The translations under genes were made by a program, and so were the position numbers. Of a DNA stretch of 64,000 bases, positions 17,368 through 27,388 are shown one piece after another. Position 1 is the stretch's first letter; each line of letters opens with the position of its first letter. The notes under the pieces are model-generated. The model saw nothing but the letters and a program-made list of their open reading frames with translations. It searched no databases and was not told where the DNA came from. The stretch is from the NCBI GenBank assembly GCA_943371335.1, contig CALRUK020000021.1:4909-68908 (forward strand), read 5' to 3'. This DNA comes from Synechococcus sp. UW140. GTDB taxonomy: Bacteria > Pseudomonadota > Gammaproteobacteria > Burkholderiales > Burkholderiaceae_C.

Positions 17368-18081
17368 ATGAAAACGTCCAACGCCAACTACATCGAGCGC
17401 CGCTCCGAGATCGAAAACTACTTCGATCGCACGGCCGCCAAAGCCTGGGAGCGGCTCACCTCCAACGCACCGGTGGGTCGCATCCGCGCCTCGGTGCGGG
17501 CCGGCCGCGACGAGATGCGCAACACGCTGCTGAGCTGGTTGCCGCAGGACATGCAAGGCCTGCGCCTGCTGGACGCGGGTTGTGGCACGGGCGCGCTGGC
17601 TGTGGAAGCCATGCAGCGCGGCGCCGAGGTGGTGGCCATCGACCTCTCGCCCACGCTGGTGCAGCTGGGCCGCGAACGCAACGCCACGCTGCAGCGCAAC
17701 GGTCGTGGTGGCAGCATCCAGTACCTCTCGGGCGACATGCTCGATGACGCACTGGGCCATTTCGACCACGTGGTGGCGATGGACTCGGTGATCCATTACG
17801 ACACGCCCGACATCGCCAACGCCATCCAGCGCCTCGCCGCCCGCACCCGGGGCAGCGTGCTGTTCACCATTGCCCCCAACGGCCCGCTGCTGAGCGTGGC
17901 CCACACCATGGGCCGCTTCTTCCCCCGCAGCGACCGCTCGCCCGCGCTCACACCGGTGTCGCAATCCCGCTTGCGGGCGTCGCTGGTGCAGGGCTTCAGC
18001 GGTACCAGCTGGCGCGAAGGCCGCAGCCAGCGCGTGTCTCGCGGCTTCTACACCTCGCAAGCCTGGGAGTGGACCCAGTGA
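17368..18081 (+). CDS. bchM: Mg-protoporphyrin IX methyltransferase (237 aa)
   Basis: YFDRTA..AWERLTS.APVGRIR..VRAGRD, LDAGCGTG, AMDSVIHY, FYTSQA. Confidence 0.95.
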   Translation: MKTSNANYIERRSEIENYFDRTAAKAWERLTSNAPVGRIRASVRAGRDEMRNTLLSWLPQDMQGLRLLDAGCGTGALAVEAMQRGAEVVAIDLSPTLVQLGRERNATLQRNGRGGSIQYLSGDMLDDALGHFDHVVAMDSVIHYDTPDIANAIQRLAARTRGSVLFTIAPNGPLLSVAHTMGRFFPRSDRSPALTPVSQSRLRASLVQGFSGTSWREGRSQRVSRGFYTSQAWEWTQ

Positions 18082-19511
18082 ACCTGCAGCGCCTGCTGTC
18101 CCCCGCCTGGGCGATGAAGATCACCCAGCGGTATGTGCCGTTCGCCGACGCCGCGTCGAGCGAGCTGCCGCTGGGCCGGCTGTTGCGCCTGTCGCTGTTC
18201 CAGCTGTCCATCGGCATGACGATGGCGCTGCTGGTGGGCACGCTCAACCGCGTGATGATCGTCGAGCTGGGGGTGCCGGCCTGGTGGGTGGCGCTCTCGG
18301 TGGCGCTGCCGCTGGTGTTTGCGCCGCTGCGTGCGCTGATCGGCTACCGCAGCGACACGCACCCGTCTGCACTGGGCCTCAAGCGCATGCCCTACATGTG
18401 GATCGGCACCATCCTGATGTTTGGCGGCCTGGCCATCATGCCGTTTGCGCTGCTGCTGCTGTCGCTGCCGGCGGGCCACGGCGTCGAGGTCTGGGCCGGT
18501 CGCATCGGCGCGGCGCTGGCCTTCCTGCTGGTGGGCGCGGGCATGCAGATCACGCAGACCGCCGGCCTCGCGCTGGCCAGTGACATCTCGCCCGAAGACA
18601 AGCGCCCGCGCGTGGTGGCCTTGCTCTACAGCACGCTGCTGCTGGGCATGATCGTGGGCAGTGCCTTGCTGGGCTGGGTGCTCACCGAATTCAGCCCGAC
18701 GCGGCTGGTGCAGGTGGTGCAGGGCTCGGCCGTGGTGGTGGCGCTGCTCAACATCACCTCGCTGTGGAAGCAGGAAGCGCGCGGCGCCAAGCGCGGTGCG
18801 CGGGCGCCCGACGGCTTCAGCCGCAGCTGGGCCCGCCTGATGGCGATTCCCAAGATCCGCCGCTTCCTCTGGACCGTGGGCCTGGGCACCGTGGCCTTCA
18901 GCATGCAGGACGTGGTGCTCGAGCCCTTCGGTGGCGAAGTGCTGGGCATGAACGTGGGCCTGACCAGCTCGCTCACCGCCATGAGCGCGGGCGGCGCGCT
19001 GCTGGCGTTTGCGCTGTCCTCGCGCATCCTCTCTCGCGGCATGGACACCATCCGCCTGGCCGCCGCTGGCGCGCTGCTGGGCCTGCCCGCGTTTGCCTGC
19101 GTGATCTTCTCGGCCCCGCTGGACGCGCCCTGGCTGTTCCAGACCGGCGCCGCACTGATCGGCTTTTCGGGCGGCCTGTTTTCGGTGGGCATGCTGCTCA
19201 CCGCCATGGAGCTGCCCGAGCGTGAACTCACCGGCCTGGTGCTGGGCGCCTGGGGCGCGGTGCAGGCCACCGCGGCCGGCGTGTCCATGGCCATCGGCGG
19301 CGTGCTGCGCGACCTGGTCGGTGGTCTGGCCACCGGCGGCTGGCTGGGCTCGGCGCTCAACTCGCCCGTCACCGGATACAGCTTCGTGTTCCACCTCGAG
19401 ATCTACCTGCTCTTCGTGGTGCTGATCGCCCTGGGCCCGCTGGTCCGGCGCAGCACCACCACCGCTTCCCGTTCCGCCCACCCCATTGGCCTGGCCGAGT
19501 TGCCCGGCTGA
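18078..19511 (+). CDS. lhaA: LH1 assembly protein LhaA (PucC family MFS)
   Basis: PFADAASSELPLGRLLRLSLFQLSIGM, LGLKRMPYMWIG, QDVVLEPFGG; located between bchM and puhA; GTG start overlapping the bchM stop (alternative start 18069). Confidence 0.92.
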   Translation: MNLQRLLSPAWAMKITQRYVPFADAASSELPLGRLLRLSLFQLSIGMTMALLVGTLNRVMIVELGVPAWWVALSVALPLVFAPLRALIGYRSDTHPSALGLKRMPYMWIGTILMFGGLAIMPFALLLLSLPAGHGVEVWAGRIGAALAFLLVGAGMQITQTAGLALASDISPEDKRPRVVALLYSTLLLGMIVGSALLGWVLTEFSPTRLVQVVQGSAVVVALLNITSLWKQEARGAKRGARAPDGFSRSWARLMAIPKIRRFLWTVGLGTVAFSMQDVVLEPFGGEVLGMNVGLTSSLTAMSAGGALLAFALSSRILSRGMDTIRLAAAGALLGLPAFACVIFSAPLDAPWLFQTGAALIGFSGGLFSVGMLLTAMELPERELTGLVLGAWGAVQATAAGVSMAIGGVLRDLVGGLATGGWLGSALNSPVTGYSFVFHLEIYLLFVVLIALGPLVRRSTTTASRSAHPIGLAELPG

Positions 19512-19553
19512 ACCTGCACTTTTTTTGCCCGTCCCTCACCGAAGGAGAACCCC

Positions 19554-20315
19554 ATGGAAACAGGCGCCATCACCCAATACGTCGACGTGGCACAGCTCGT
19601 GCTGTACGCCTTCTGGGCATTCTTTGCCGGCTTGATCTATTACCTGCTGCGCGAGAACCACCGCGAGGGCTACCCCATGGCCCCGGGCCGCGAAAACGGT
19701 CCCAAGACCGACGGCTGGCCGGCCGTGCCCAAACCCAAGGTCTACAAGCTCGCCAACGGCCACGAGGTGCTCTCGCCCGACCTTGAGCGCGCCGACGGCG
19801 ACTACAACGGCCAGCCCGCGCACGGCTGGATCGGCGCGCCGCTGGAGCCGGTGGGCAACCCGCTGCTGGCCGGTGTCGGCCCGGGCGCCTGGGCCAAGCG
19901 GGCCGATGTGCCCGACATGACCCACGAGGGCGAAGCCAAGATCGTGCCGCTTCGCGTGGCCGGTGACCATGGCGTGGCGGTGCAGGACACCGATCCGCGC
20001 GGCCTGCCCGTGATCGGCGCCGATGGCGAACAGGCGGGCACGGTCCGCGACCTGTGGGTGGACAAGTCGGAAATGATGTTCCGCTACCTTGAAGTGGGCC
20101 TGCCCAGCGGCGCCACGGTGCTGCTGCCCATGACCTTCTCGGTGATCAAGCGCCACGGCGTGTTTGTGGATGCGCTGCTGGCCGGGCAATTCACCCTGGT
20201 GCCCACCACCCGCCACCCCGAGCAAGTGACCATGCTCGAAGAAGAAAAGATCACCGCCTATTACGGCGCCGGCACGCTGTACGCCACGCCCCAGCGCCAG
20301 GAGCCGCTGCTGTGA
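19554..20315 (+). CDS. puhA: Reaction centre H subunit
   Basis: METGAITQYVDVAQLVLYAFW..FAGLIYYLLRENHREGYP, GNPLLAGVGPG, PRC-barrel, EEEKITAYYGAG. Confidence 0.97.
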   Translation: METGAITQYVDVAQLVLYAFWAFFAGLIYYLLRENHREGYPMAPGRENGPKTDGWPAVPKPKVYKLANGHEVLSPDLERADGDYNGQPAHGWIGAPLEPVGNPLLAGVGPGAWAKRADVPDMTHEGEAKIVPLRVAGDHGVAVQDTDPRGLPVIGADGEQAGTVRDLWVDKSEMMFRYLEVGLPSGATVLLPMTFSVIKRHGVFVDALLAGQFTLVPTTRHPEQVTMLEEEKITAYYGAGTLYATPQRQEPLL

Positions 20316-21013
20316 ACGCCCACCACGAGCACGAGTTCGAGGCCGCGCCCGGCCTGCCCGAACCGCTGCCGCGCGGCGAGCGCCTGATCTGGCAGGGCAG
20401 CCCCGACTTTGTGCAGCTCGCCATTCACGCGTTCCATGTGCGCAAGCTCGCCATCTACTTCACCGCCATGCTGGCGCTGCAATGGCTCTACCTGCTGGGC
20501 GACCCGCAGGCCGCGCTGCTCAAGCCGCTGCTCACCAGCGCGGTGATGGCGCTGCTGGCGCTCACGCTGCTGACCGCCACCGCCTGGTTCGCCGCGCGCA
20601 CCACGCTCTACACGCTCACCGACCGCCGCATCGTGATGCGCATCGGTGTGGTGCTCACGCTCACGCTGAACCTGCCGCTCAAGCAGATTGCGGGTGCGGC
20701 CCTCAAGCCACAGGCCGGCGGCCATGGCGACGTGGCCCTGAGCCTGGCCGGCAAGGACCGCATTGCCTTCCTCAACCTGTGGCCGCACGCACGCCCCTGG
20801 CAGCTGAAGAACCCGCAGCCCAGCCTGCGCTGCCTGCCCGGTGCCGCCGGCGTGGGCGAACGCATCCAGCAAGCCTGGCTCGCCGCCAACCCGCAGGCAC
20901 CGGCCCTGGTGGGCATGCCCGAGGCGGCGCCGCTGGCTTCGCCGGTGTCGGCCCCCGTGTCGACCCCCGTGGCGCGCCCGGTGCGCGAACGCGGCATGCC
21001 CAGCGCTGCCTGA
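20312..21013 (+). CDS. puhB: Photosynthetic complex assembly protein PuhB (bPH domain)
   Basis: HEFEAAPGLPEPLPRGERLIWQGSP, TLYTLTDRRIVMRIGVVL, LWPHARPW; follows puhA. Confidence 0.92.
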   Translation: MNAHHEHEFEAAPGLPEPLPRGERLIWQGSPDFVQLAIHAFHVRKLAIYFTAMLALQWLYLLGDPQAALLKPLLTSAVMALLALTLLTATAWFAARTTLYTLTDRRIVMRIGVVLTLTLNLPLKQIAGAALKPQAGGHGDVALSLAGKDRIAFLNLWPHARPWQLKNPQPSLRCLPGAAGVGERIQQAWLAANPQAPALVGMPEAAPLASPVSAPVSTPVARPVRERGMPSAA

Positions 21014-21040
21014 TTCCTCATCTCCGTTGAAGGTTTCGCC

Positions 21041-21490
21041 ATGCACACCCACAACGACTCCCCCCTCGGCCAGGGCACACCCTGGCCCATCTGGGCGCTG
21101 GGCGGCCTGCTGCTGCTCACGCTGGCCGTGGTGGCCTGGCAGAGCCAGGTCGGCGGCGGGCCCGTGAAGGACGAAGTGCCTTCGGTGCAGTGGCAGCGCA
21201 GCCTGCGTTTTGAAGACCGGCCCAACGGCGACATTGCCGTGCTCGACGCCGCCAGCCAGCGCGAAGTGGCGCGATTCCAGGGCGAGCAGGGCTTTCTGCG
21301 CGGCAGCCTGCGCGCACTGGCCCGCGAGCGCCAGCGCAGCGGCATGGGACCGCAGGCACCGTTTGAACTGACCGGCCACGTGGATGGCCGCCTGACCCTG
21401 CGCGACACGGCGACCGGGCAGCGCATCGCCCTTGAATCGTTTGGCCCCACCAACTCGGCTGTGTTCTCGCAGCTGCAGTGGGCCCAGTGA
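21041..21490 (+). CDS. puhC: Photosynthetic complex assembly protein PuhC
   Basis: One TM helix then [37 protein letters not shown]. Confidence 0.92.
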   Translation: MHTHNDSPLGQGTPWPIWALGGLLLLTLAVVAWQSQVGGGPVKDEVPSVQWQRSLRFEDRPNGDIAVLDAASQREVARFQGEQGFLRGSLRALARERQRSGMGPQAPFELTGHVDGRLTLRDTATGQRIALESFGPTNSAVFSQLQWAQ

Positions 21491-21518
21491 ACCCCCGTTT
21501 TTCTTCAGGAGCACCGCC

Positions 21519-22643
21519 ATGAGCACCACCACCGAAGACCGCACCGACGTCGAGACCGATCACGTCGCGCTGCTGATGGATGGCATGAAGAACACCGAAA
21601 CCGCCACCGAGCGCGCGGCCAAGAGCACCATGCTCACGCCGCGCTTCTACACCACCGACTTCAAGGCCATGGACGCGCTGGACGTCTCGCCCGTGCGCGC
21701 CGAGTGGGACCGCATGATGGCCGAGTACGAAGGCGACAACAACCAGGACCACTTCAAGCGCGACGCCGCATTTGGCGAAGAGCTCAAGGTGCTGATGCCC
21801 CAGCTCTCGCCCGAGTTGCGCCAGGAGTTCATGGACTTTCTCATCAGCTCCTGCACCTCGGAGTTTTCGGGCTGCATCCTCTACAACGAGATCCGCAAGA
21901 ACGTCAGCAACCCCGACATCAAGCAGCTGATGGCCTACATGGCGCGCGACGAATCGCGCCACGCCGGCTTCATCAACCAGTCGCTTAAAGACTTCAACCT
22001 CGGCATCGACCTGGGCAGCTTGAAGCGCGTGAAGGCCTACACCTACTTCAAGCCCAAGTACATCTTCTACGCCACCTACCTCAGCGAGAAGATCGGCTAC
22101 GCGCGCTACATCACCATCTTCCGCCAGCTGGAGCGCCACCCCGACAAGCGCTTCCACCCGATCTTTCGCTGGTTCGAGCGCTGGTGCAACGACGAATTTC
22201 GCCACGGCGAATCCTTCGCTCTGATGATGCGCGCCCAGCCGCACCTGCTCGCCGGTGTGAACAAGCTCTGGATCCGCTTCTTCATCCTCGCCGTGTACGC
22301 CACCATGTACGTGCGCGACCACACGCGCCCCATGCTGCACGAAGCCATGGGCTTCAAGTCCACCGAGTATGACTACGAGGTGTTCCGCATCACCAGCCAG
22401 ATCTGCCGCCAGGTGTTCCCGGTGGAGGTCGACATCGACCACCCCACCTTCCGCGCCTGCATGGACCAGCTGCTGGCGATTTCGCTGGCCAACGACCGGG
22501 CCGTGGCGCGCGGGGGCGTGGTGGGCGCGGTGCAGCGCGGCGTGTGCGCGGCCAAGGCTTTCTTCACCTTCGGCCGCTTGTTCCTGGTGCCGGTGAAGCA
22601 GCACGAGCTGCCCAAGGACATCCGTCTCGACCCCGTCTGGTGA
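21519..22643 (+). CDS. acsF: O2-dependent Mg-protoporphyrin IX monomethyl ester cyclase (374 aa)
   Basis: [46 protein letters not shown] diiron motifs. Confidence 0.97.
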   Translation: MSTTTEDRTDVETDHVALLMDGMKNTETATERAAKSTMLTPRFYTTDFKAMDALDVSPVRAEWDRMMAEYEGDNNQDHFKRDAAFGEELKVLMPQLSPELRQEFMDFLISSCTSEFSGCILYNEIRKNVSNPDIKQLMAYMARDESRHAGFINQSLKDFNLGIDLGSLKRVKAYTYFKPKYIFYATYLSEKIGYARYITIFRQLERHPDKRFHPIFRWFERWCNDEFRHGESFALMMRAQPHLLAGVNKLWIRFFILAVYATMYVRDHTRPMLHEAMGFKSTEYDYEVFRITSQICRQVFPVEVDIDHPTFRACMDQLLAISLANDRAVARGGVVGAVQRGVCAAKAFFTFGRLFLVPVKQHELPKDIRLDPVW

Positions 22644-22650
22644 TCGCCCT

Positions 22651-23499
22651 GTGACGACCGGCCTGTCCAGCTCCATCGCCGCGGCTGCGCTGTTTGCGCT
22701 GCTGTGCTGGTGGTTTGGCACCGGGGCCATCCTGTGGCTGGTGCGGCGTCCGCCGGCGGCCTTTCGCCGCAGCCTGGTGGTGTGCAGCGTGCTGCTGGCG
22801 CTCAGCCTCTGGACCACGCACCTGAGCATGCAGGCGCAGACGGTGGGCAACGCCTACCTCGGCTTCGCCAGCGTGATCGTCATGTGGGGCTGGCACGAGC
22901 TGGCCTTTCTCACCGGCTGGCTCACCGGCCCGCGCCGCGTGCCGCTGGCGCAGGGGGCGCGCGGCTGGCAGCGGTTCAGCCAGTCCACGCAGGTGGTGAT
23001 CTGGCACGAGCTGGCGCTGCTGCTGAATTTTTGTGTGCTGCTCTGGATGCAGCAGGGCCAGCCCAGCCATGTGGCGCTGTGCACCTTCGCCGTGCTCTGG
23101 TGCATGCGCTTCTCGGCCAAGCTCAATCTTTTCTTCGGCGTGCCCGAGGTGGGCGAGCAGTACCTGCCGCGCCACCTGGCCTACCTCGGCAGTTACTTTC
23201 GCAAAGGCCGCCTCAGCGCGTTCTTCTATCTGAGCGTGAGCGCCTCGTGCGCCGTGTGGGCCTGGATCGTCTGGGAAGTGGTGAGCGGCCGTGGGGTTGT
23301 CTCTACCGGCTGGGTGCTGCTGGCCAGCCTGCTCGGGCTGGCCATCGTCGAGCACGTGATCATGGCGTTTCCCACGCCCATGCAAAAACTCTGGGGCTGG
23401 GCCATGTCGCGCAGCCCGGCGAGTGATCGACTTCCCGTGGCCACGGCGATCAAGCCGGCACCAGGAGCGATCCAACCGGACAAGGCGCCCGCCGCCTGA
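22651..23499 (+). CDS. puhE: PuhE (DUF3623) membrane protein
   Basis: CWWFGTGAILWL, WGWHELAFLTG..TGPRR, MRFSAKLNLFFGVP, LAIVEH; follows acsF. Confidence 0.9.
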   Translation: MTTGLSSSIAAAALFALLCWWFGTGAILWLVRRPPAAFRRSLVVCSVLLALSLWTTHLSMQAQTVGNAYLGFASVIVMWGWHELAFLTGWLTGPRRVPLAQGARGWQRFSQSTQVVIWHELALLLNFCVLLWMQQGQPSHVALCTFAVLWCMRFSAKLNLFFGVPEVGEQYLPRHLAYLGSYFRKGRLSAFFYLSVSASCAVWAWIVWEVVSGRGVVSTGWVLLASLLGLAIVEHVIMAFPTPMQKLWGWAMSRSPASDRLPVATAIKPAPGAIQPDKAPAA

Positions 23500-23507
23500 A
23501 CGCCCTC

Positions 23508-25121
23508 ATGAACATCGCCACCGGTACCCTGCGCACGTCCGACGACTTCTGGCCGCCGCGCCCTTCGGACGAACCACCCCCGGGCCCTGCCTCGCGCCGC
23601 CACGCGCACGCGCCGCACGCCATCGTGATCGGCAGCGGCTTTGGCGGGCTGGCGTCGGCCGTTCGCCTCTCGGCCAGGGGCTGGCGCGTGACCGTGCTGG
23701 AAAAGCTGGACGCGCCCGGTGGCCGCGCCTATGTGCACGAGCAGAACGGCCACGTGTTCGACGCCGGCCCGACCATCATCACCGTGCCGTTTCTCTTCGA
23801 CGAGCTGTGGGCGCTGGCCGGCAAGAAGCTGAGCGACGACGTAGAGCTGCGTTCGCTCGACCCGTTCTACCAAATCCGTTTTGACGACGGCGACGTCTTT
23901 CACTACAGCGGCGACCCCGACAAGATGCGCGCCGAGGTGCGCCGCATCAGCCCGGGCGACGCGGCCGGCTACGAGCGCTTCATGGCCGAGGCCGACCATT
24001 GCTACCGGCTGGGTTTTGAAGCGCTGGGTGCCAAGGCTTTCGACACCGTGGGCGACCTGCTGAAAGCCAGCCCGGCCATCTTCCGCATGCGCGGCTGGCG
24101 CAGCCTGCACGCGATGGTGGCCAGCCACCTCAAGCACCCCAAGCTGCGCATGGCGATGAGCCTGCAGAGCCTCTTGATCGGTGGCAACCCGTTTGCCGTC
24201 ACCTGCATCTACAGCCTCATCAACGCGCTGGAACGGCAGTGGGGCGTGCACTGGGCGGTGGGCGGCACGGGCAAGCTGGTGAAAGGCCTGGCCAAGCTGC
24301 TGCAAGGGCAGGGCGGCACGCTGCGCTGCAACGCCGAGGTGCGCCGCATCGAAGTGGACCGGGGCCGCGCCACCGGCGTCACGCTGGCCAGCGGCGAGCG
24401 CATCGCCGCCGACATCGTCATCTCCAACGCCGACACCGCCTGGACCTACCGCCACCTGGTCGAGCCGCAGCACCGCCGCCACTGGACCAACCACCGCATC
24501 GACAAGGGCCGCTACTCGATGAGCCTGTTTGTCTGGTACTTCGGCACGCGCCGGCAGTACAGCGACGTGCCCCACCACATGATGCTGCTGGGCCCGCGCT
24601 ACAAGGAACTGCTGACCGACATCTTCCGCCGGCACAAGCTGGCCGACGACTTCAGCCTCTACCTGCACCGCCCCACGGCCAGCGACCCCTCGATGGCGCC
24701 CGCCGGGCACGACACCTTTTACGCGCTGGCACCGGTCACCCACCTGGACAGTGGCACCGACTGGTCCATCCAGGCCGCGACCATGCGCCGCGCCATCGCC
24801 GAGGTGCTCGACCGCACCGTGCTGCCCGGCTTCGAGCAACACATCAGCGCCTCGCTGATCACCACACCGCAGGACTTCCACGACCGCCTGCTCAGCTTCA
24901 AGGGCGCCGCCTTCGGGCTGGAGCCGCTGCTGATGCAGAGCGCCTGGTTTCGCCCGCACAACCGCAGCGAAGACGTGGACGGCCTGTACATGGTCGGCGC
25001 CAGCACCCACCCCGGTGCGGGTGTGCCGGGTGTGCTGATGTCGGCCAAGGCGCTCGACTCGGTGGTGCCCGACGCCGCCACCTTTCTCGCAAGGACCGCC
25101 CATGAACGAACTGGCCGCTGA
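23508..25121 (+). CDS. crtI: Phytoene desaturase
   Basis: VIGSGFGGLA, VFDAGPTIIT, GGNPFAVTCIYSLI, HNRSEDVDGLYMVGASTHPGAGVPGV. Confidence 0.95.
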   Translation: MNIATGTLRTSDDFWPPRPSDEPPPGPASRRHAHAPHAIVIGSGFGGLASAVRLSARGWRVTVLEKLDAPGGRAYVHEQNGHVFDAGPTIITVPFLFDELWALAGKKLSDDVELRSLDPFYQIRFDDGDVFHYSGDPDKMRAEVRRISPGDAAGYERFMAEADHCYRLGFEALGAKAFDTVGDLLKASPAIFRMRGWRSLHAMVASHLKHPKLRMAMSLQSLLIGGNPFAVTCIYSLINALERQWGVHWAVGGTGKLVKGLAKLLQGQGGTLRCNAEVRRIEVDRGRATGVTLASGERIAADIVISNADTAWTYRHLVEPQHRRHWTNHRIDKGRYSMSLFVWYFGTRRQYSDVPHHMMLLGPRYKELLTDIFRRHKLADDFSLYLHRPTASDPSMAPAGHDTFYALAPVTHLDSGTDWSIQAATMRRAIAEVLDRTVLPGFEQHISASLITTPQDFHDRLLSFKGAAFGLEPLLMQSAWFRPHNRSEDVDGLYMVGASTHPGAGVPGVLMSAKALDSVVPDAATFLARTAHERTGR

Positions 25122-26223
25122 CCCGCTTTCGCCGTACGTGCGCACCACGCCCGTGGGCCTGCCGCCAGGGGCCGCAGGCGCGTTCGACCTGGAAGCCTGC
25201 AACGCGCTCATGCGCACCGGCTCCAAGACCTTCTTTGCCGCCAGCCGGCTGTTGCCCGCCCGCGTGCGCGCCTCGTCGATCGCGCTCTATGCCTTCTGCC
25301 GTGTGGCCGACGACATGGTCGATGGCGGGCGGCACAGCCTGGCCGATGCCATGGCGCTGCTGTCGCAACGGCTGGACGCGATCTACGCCGGCCACCCGCA
25401 AGACCCGGTGGAAGACCGCGCGCTGGCCGTGGTGGTGCAACGCCACGCCCTGCCGCGCGCGCTGCTCGATGCGCTGCTCGACGGCTTCGCCTGGGACGCC
25501 GAGGGCCGCCGCTACGACACCCTTGAAGCCGTGCACGACTACGGCGCGCGGGTGGCTGGCAGCGTCGGCGCCATGATGTGCTGGATCATGGGCGTGCGCC
25601 ACGAGCAGGCCATGGCCCGTGCCTGCGAGCTCGGGGTGGCCATGCAGCTGACCAACATTGCGCGCGACGTGGGCGAAGACGCCCGCAACGGCCGCCTGTA
25701 CCTGCCACGCCAGTGGCTGGCCGAAGCCGGCATCGACGCCGACGCCTGGCTCCGGCAACCTGTGTGCACGCCCGCGCTGCAGGGCGTGATCGAGCGCCTG
25801 CTCCAGGAGGCAGACCGCCTCTACGAGCAGGCCACCGCCGGCGTGGCCCTGTTGCCGCGCGACTGCCGCTCGGCCATCCTAGCCGCGCGGCACATCTACG
25901 CGGAAATCGGACAACAGCTGCGCCGCGATGGCCTGGACCCGGTGAGCCGGCGCGCCGTGGTGCCCACCTCACGCAAGCTGGTGCTGCTGGCTTGCGCGGG
26001 TGTGCAGTCGGGTTGGCGGGCGCGGCCGGGCCCGGTCACGCCACCGCTGCCGGCCATTGCCTACCTGGTGGAACACTGCGGTTGCAGCGCCGATGGCATG
26101 GAACCCGTGAGCGCCTCGCGCCGGCGCAGCGACATCGGCCGCGTGGGCTGGATGCTGGAGTTGATGGAGCGCCTGGAGCAACAGCGCATGGACGAAGCGG
26201 CCCGCGGGCGGGTGGCGCACTGA
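25102..26223 (+). CDS. crtB: Phytoene synthase
   Basis: GSKTFFAAS, LYAFCRVADDMVD, LGVAMQLTNIARDVGEDARNGRLYLP. Confidence 0.96.
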   Translation: MNELAADPLSPYVRTTPVGLPPGAAGAFDLEACNALMRTGSKTFFAASRLLPARVRASSIALYAFCRVADDMVDGGRHSLADAMALLSQRLDAIYAGHPQDPVEDRALAVVVQRHALPRALLDALLDGFAWDAEGRRYDTLEAVHDYGARVAGSVGAMMCWIMGVRHEQAMARACELGVAMQLTNIARDVGEDARNGRLYLPRQWLAEAGIDADAWLRQPVCTPALQGVIERLLQEADRLYEQATAGVALLPRDCRSAILAARHIYAEIGQQLRRDGLDPVSRRAVVPTSRKLVLLACAGVQSGWRARPGPVTPPLPAIAYLVEHCGCSADGMEPVSASRRRSDIGRVGWMLELMERLEQQRMDEAARGRVAH

Positions 26224-26271
26224 CGCCCCGTTGCAGCGGCGCAGCGCAGGGTTTGTACAAGGATCGGCAGC

Positions 26272-26430
26272 ATGGGTATCTGGCTCGAACTCGGCATCTT
26301 CATCGTGGTCCTGCTCTGGGGCTTCTGGCAATTGCGCGACGTGAAGAAAGCGCAGGCCCGCACCCGTGAGGAAAAGGCCCGCCGGGCTGCGCTCGAAAAA
26401 GCGGCTGCGGCCGAACGCGACCCGCCCTGA
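26272..26430 (+). CDS. Small single-pass membrane protein (52 aa), not in the ORF track
   Basis: Hand translation MGIWLELGIFIVVLLWGFWQLRDVKKAQARTREEKARRAALEKAAAAERDPP; AAGGA upstream; GC-rich third codon positions; fills the gap between converging genes. Confidence 0.7.
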   Translation: MGIWLELGIFIVVLLWGFWQLRDVKKAQARTREEKARRAALEKAAAAERDPP

Positions 26431-26448
26431 ACGGCCCGCAAGGCGGGG

Positions 26449-27333
26449 TCACACCCCGTCCAGAAACGCCTGGTATTGCGCGCAGAACGCCTGCGTCACT
26501 TCAAAGTACGGCAGGGCACCGGTCTCGAACACGCTGCCGTGTGCGTTGGGCCGTGAAGTCAGCAGCGACTTCTGGCCGTAGTCGGTGAAGTCCCCGCGCA
26601 CGCCGTGGGACAACCACACAGGCTGCGTGAGGCGTTCGTACACGTTCTGGATGTCGCGGCTGAAGAGGCCGCCCGAGATGAACCGCAAGGGCGCGTGCTC
26701 GGCCCCGGGCTGCTGAGCGCTGGCCACGGCGTAGCGCCACATGCGCTCATCGATGTCTTTCGAGCCCCAGGTTTTGTTCAGGAAGAAGCGGATCACACCC
26801 GGGCGCGTCAGCCCCCTGAACAGCGCGCCACCCCAGCCCGGGCCCTTCAGGGCCGCCAGCAGCCAGGGCATGGCCAGCGTGCTGCCGGGCGGTCCACGGC
26901 GGTGGTCTTTGCGGCCCAGCCCGGTGGGGCTGACCAGGGCCAGGCTGCGAAAGTGCGTGGGCGCTTCGGTGGCGGCGCGCGCCAGAAACTCGGTGGACAA
27001 GGAGACGGCCAGCGCGTCGACGGCTTTGCTTCCCGTGCGCTCGCGGATCAGTGCCACGGCGGCGTGCAGGGCGTCGGTCATCACGCGGGGTGTGTAGTCC
27101 CGGTCGCTGCGGTCGGAGAAGCCGTAGCCGGGCAGGTCGATGGAGAACACGGTGCGCGTGCGCTGGAAGTGCTCGTGCAGGGGGCGCACTTCGGCCGCCG
27201 AGGCGGCCGCATTCACGCTGTGGATCAGCAGCAGCGCGGGGCCGCTGCCCGCCGTGTAAAGGTTCACGTCGTGTCCAGCGCTCTGGACGGTGAGGCGCTC
27301 GCCGTTGAGGGCAGCTTCAAGTGGGGTGGGCAT
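26449..27333 (-). CDS. Alpha/beta-hydrolase-fold protein with non-canonical catalytic motifs
   Basis: GSGPALLLIHS, SIDLPGYGFSDR, nucleophile elbow AVSLS, LALVSPTG; C-terminal GALPYFE where the catalytic His loop is expected. Confidence 0.8.
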   Translation of the reverse strand: MPTPLEAALNGERLTVQSAGHDVNLYTAGSGPALLLIHSVNAAASAAEVRPLHEHFQRTRTVFSIDLPGYGFSDRSDRDYTPRVMTDALHAAVALIRERTGSKAVDALAVSLSTEFLARAATEAPTHFRSLALVSPTGLGRKDHRRGPPGSTLAMPWLLAALKGPGWGGALFRGLTRPGVIRFFLNKTWGSKDIDERMWRYAVASAQQPGAEHAPLRFISGGLFSRDIQNVYERLTQPVWLSHGVRGDFTDYGQKSLLTSRPNAHGSVFETGALPYFEVTQAFCAQYQAFLDGV

Positions 27334-27388
27334 GGCGGGGCTCTGTGTGGGGTCGTGCGTGACCCTCCATCACACCACAGGCCGGGCG

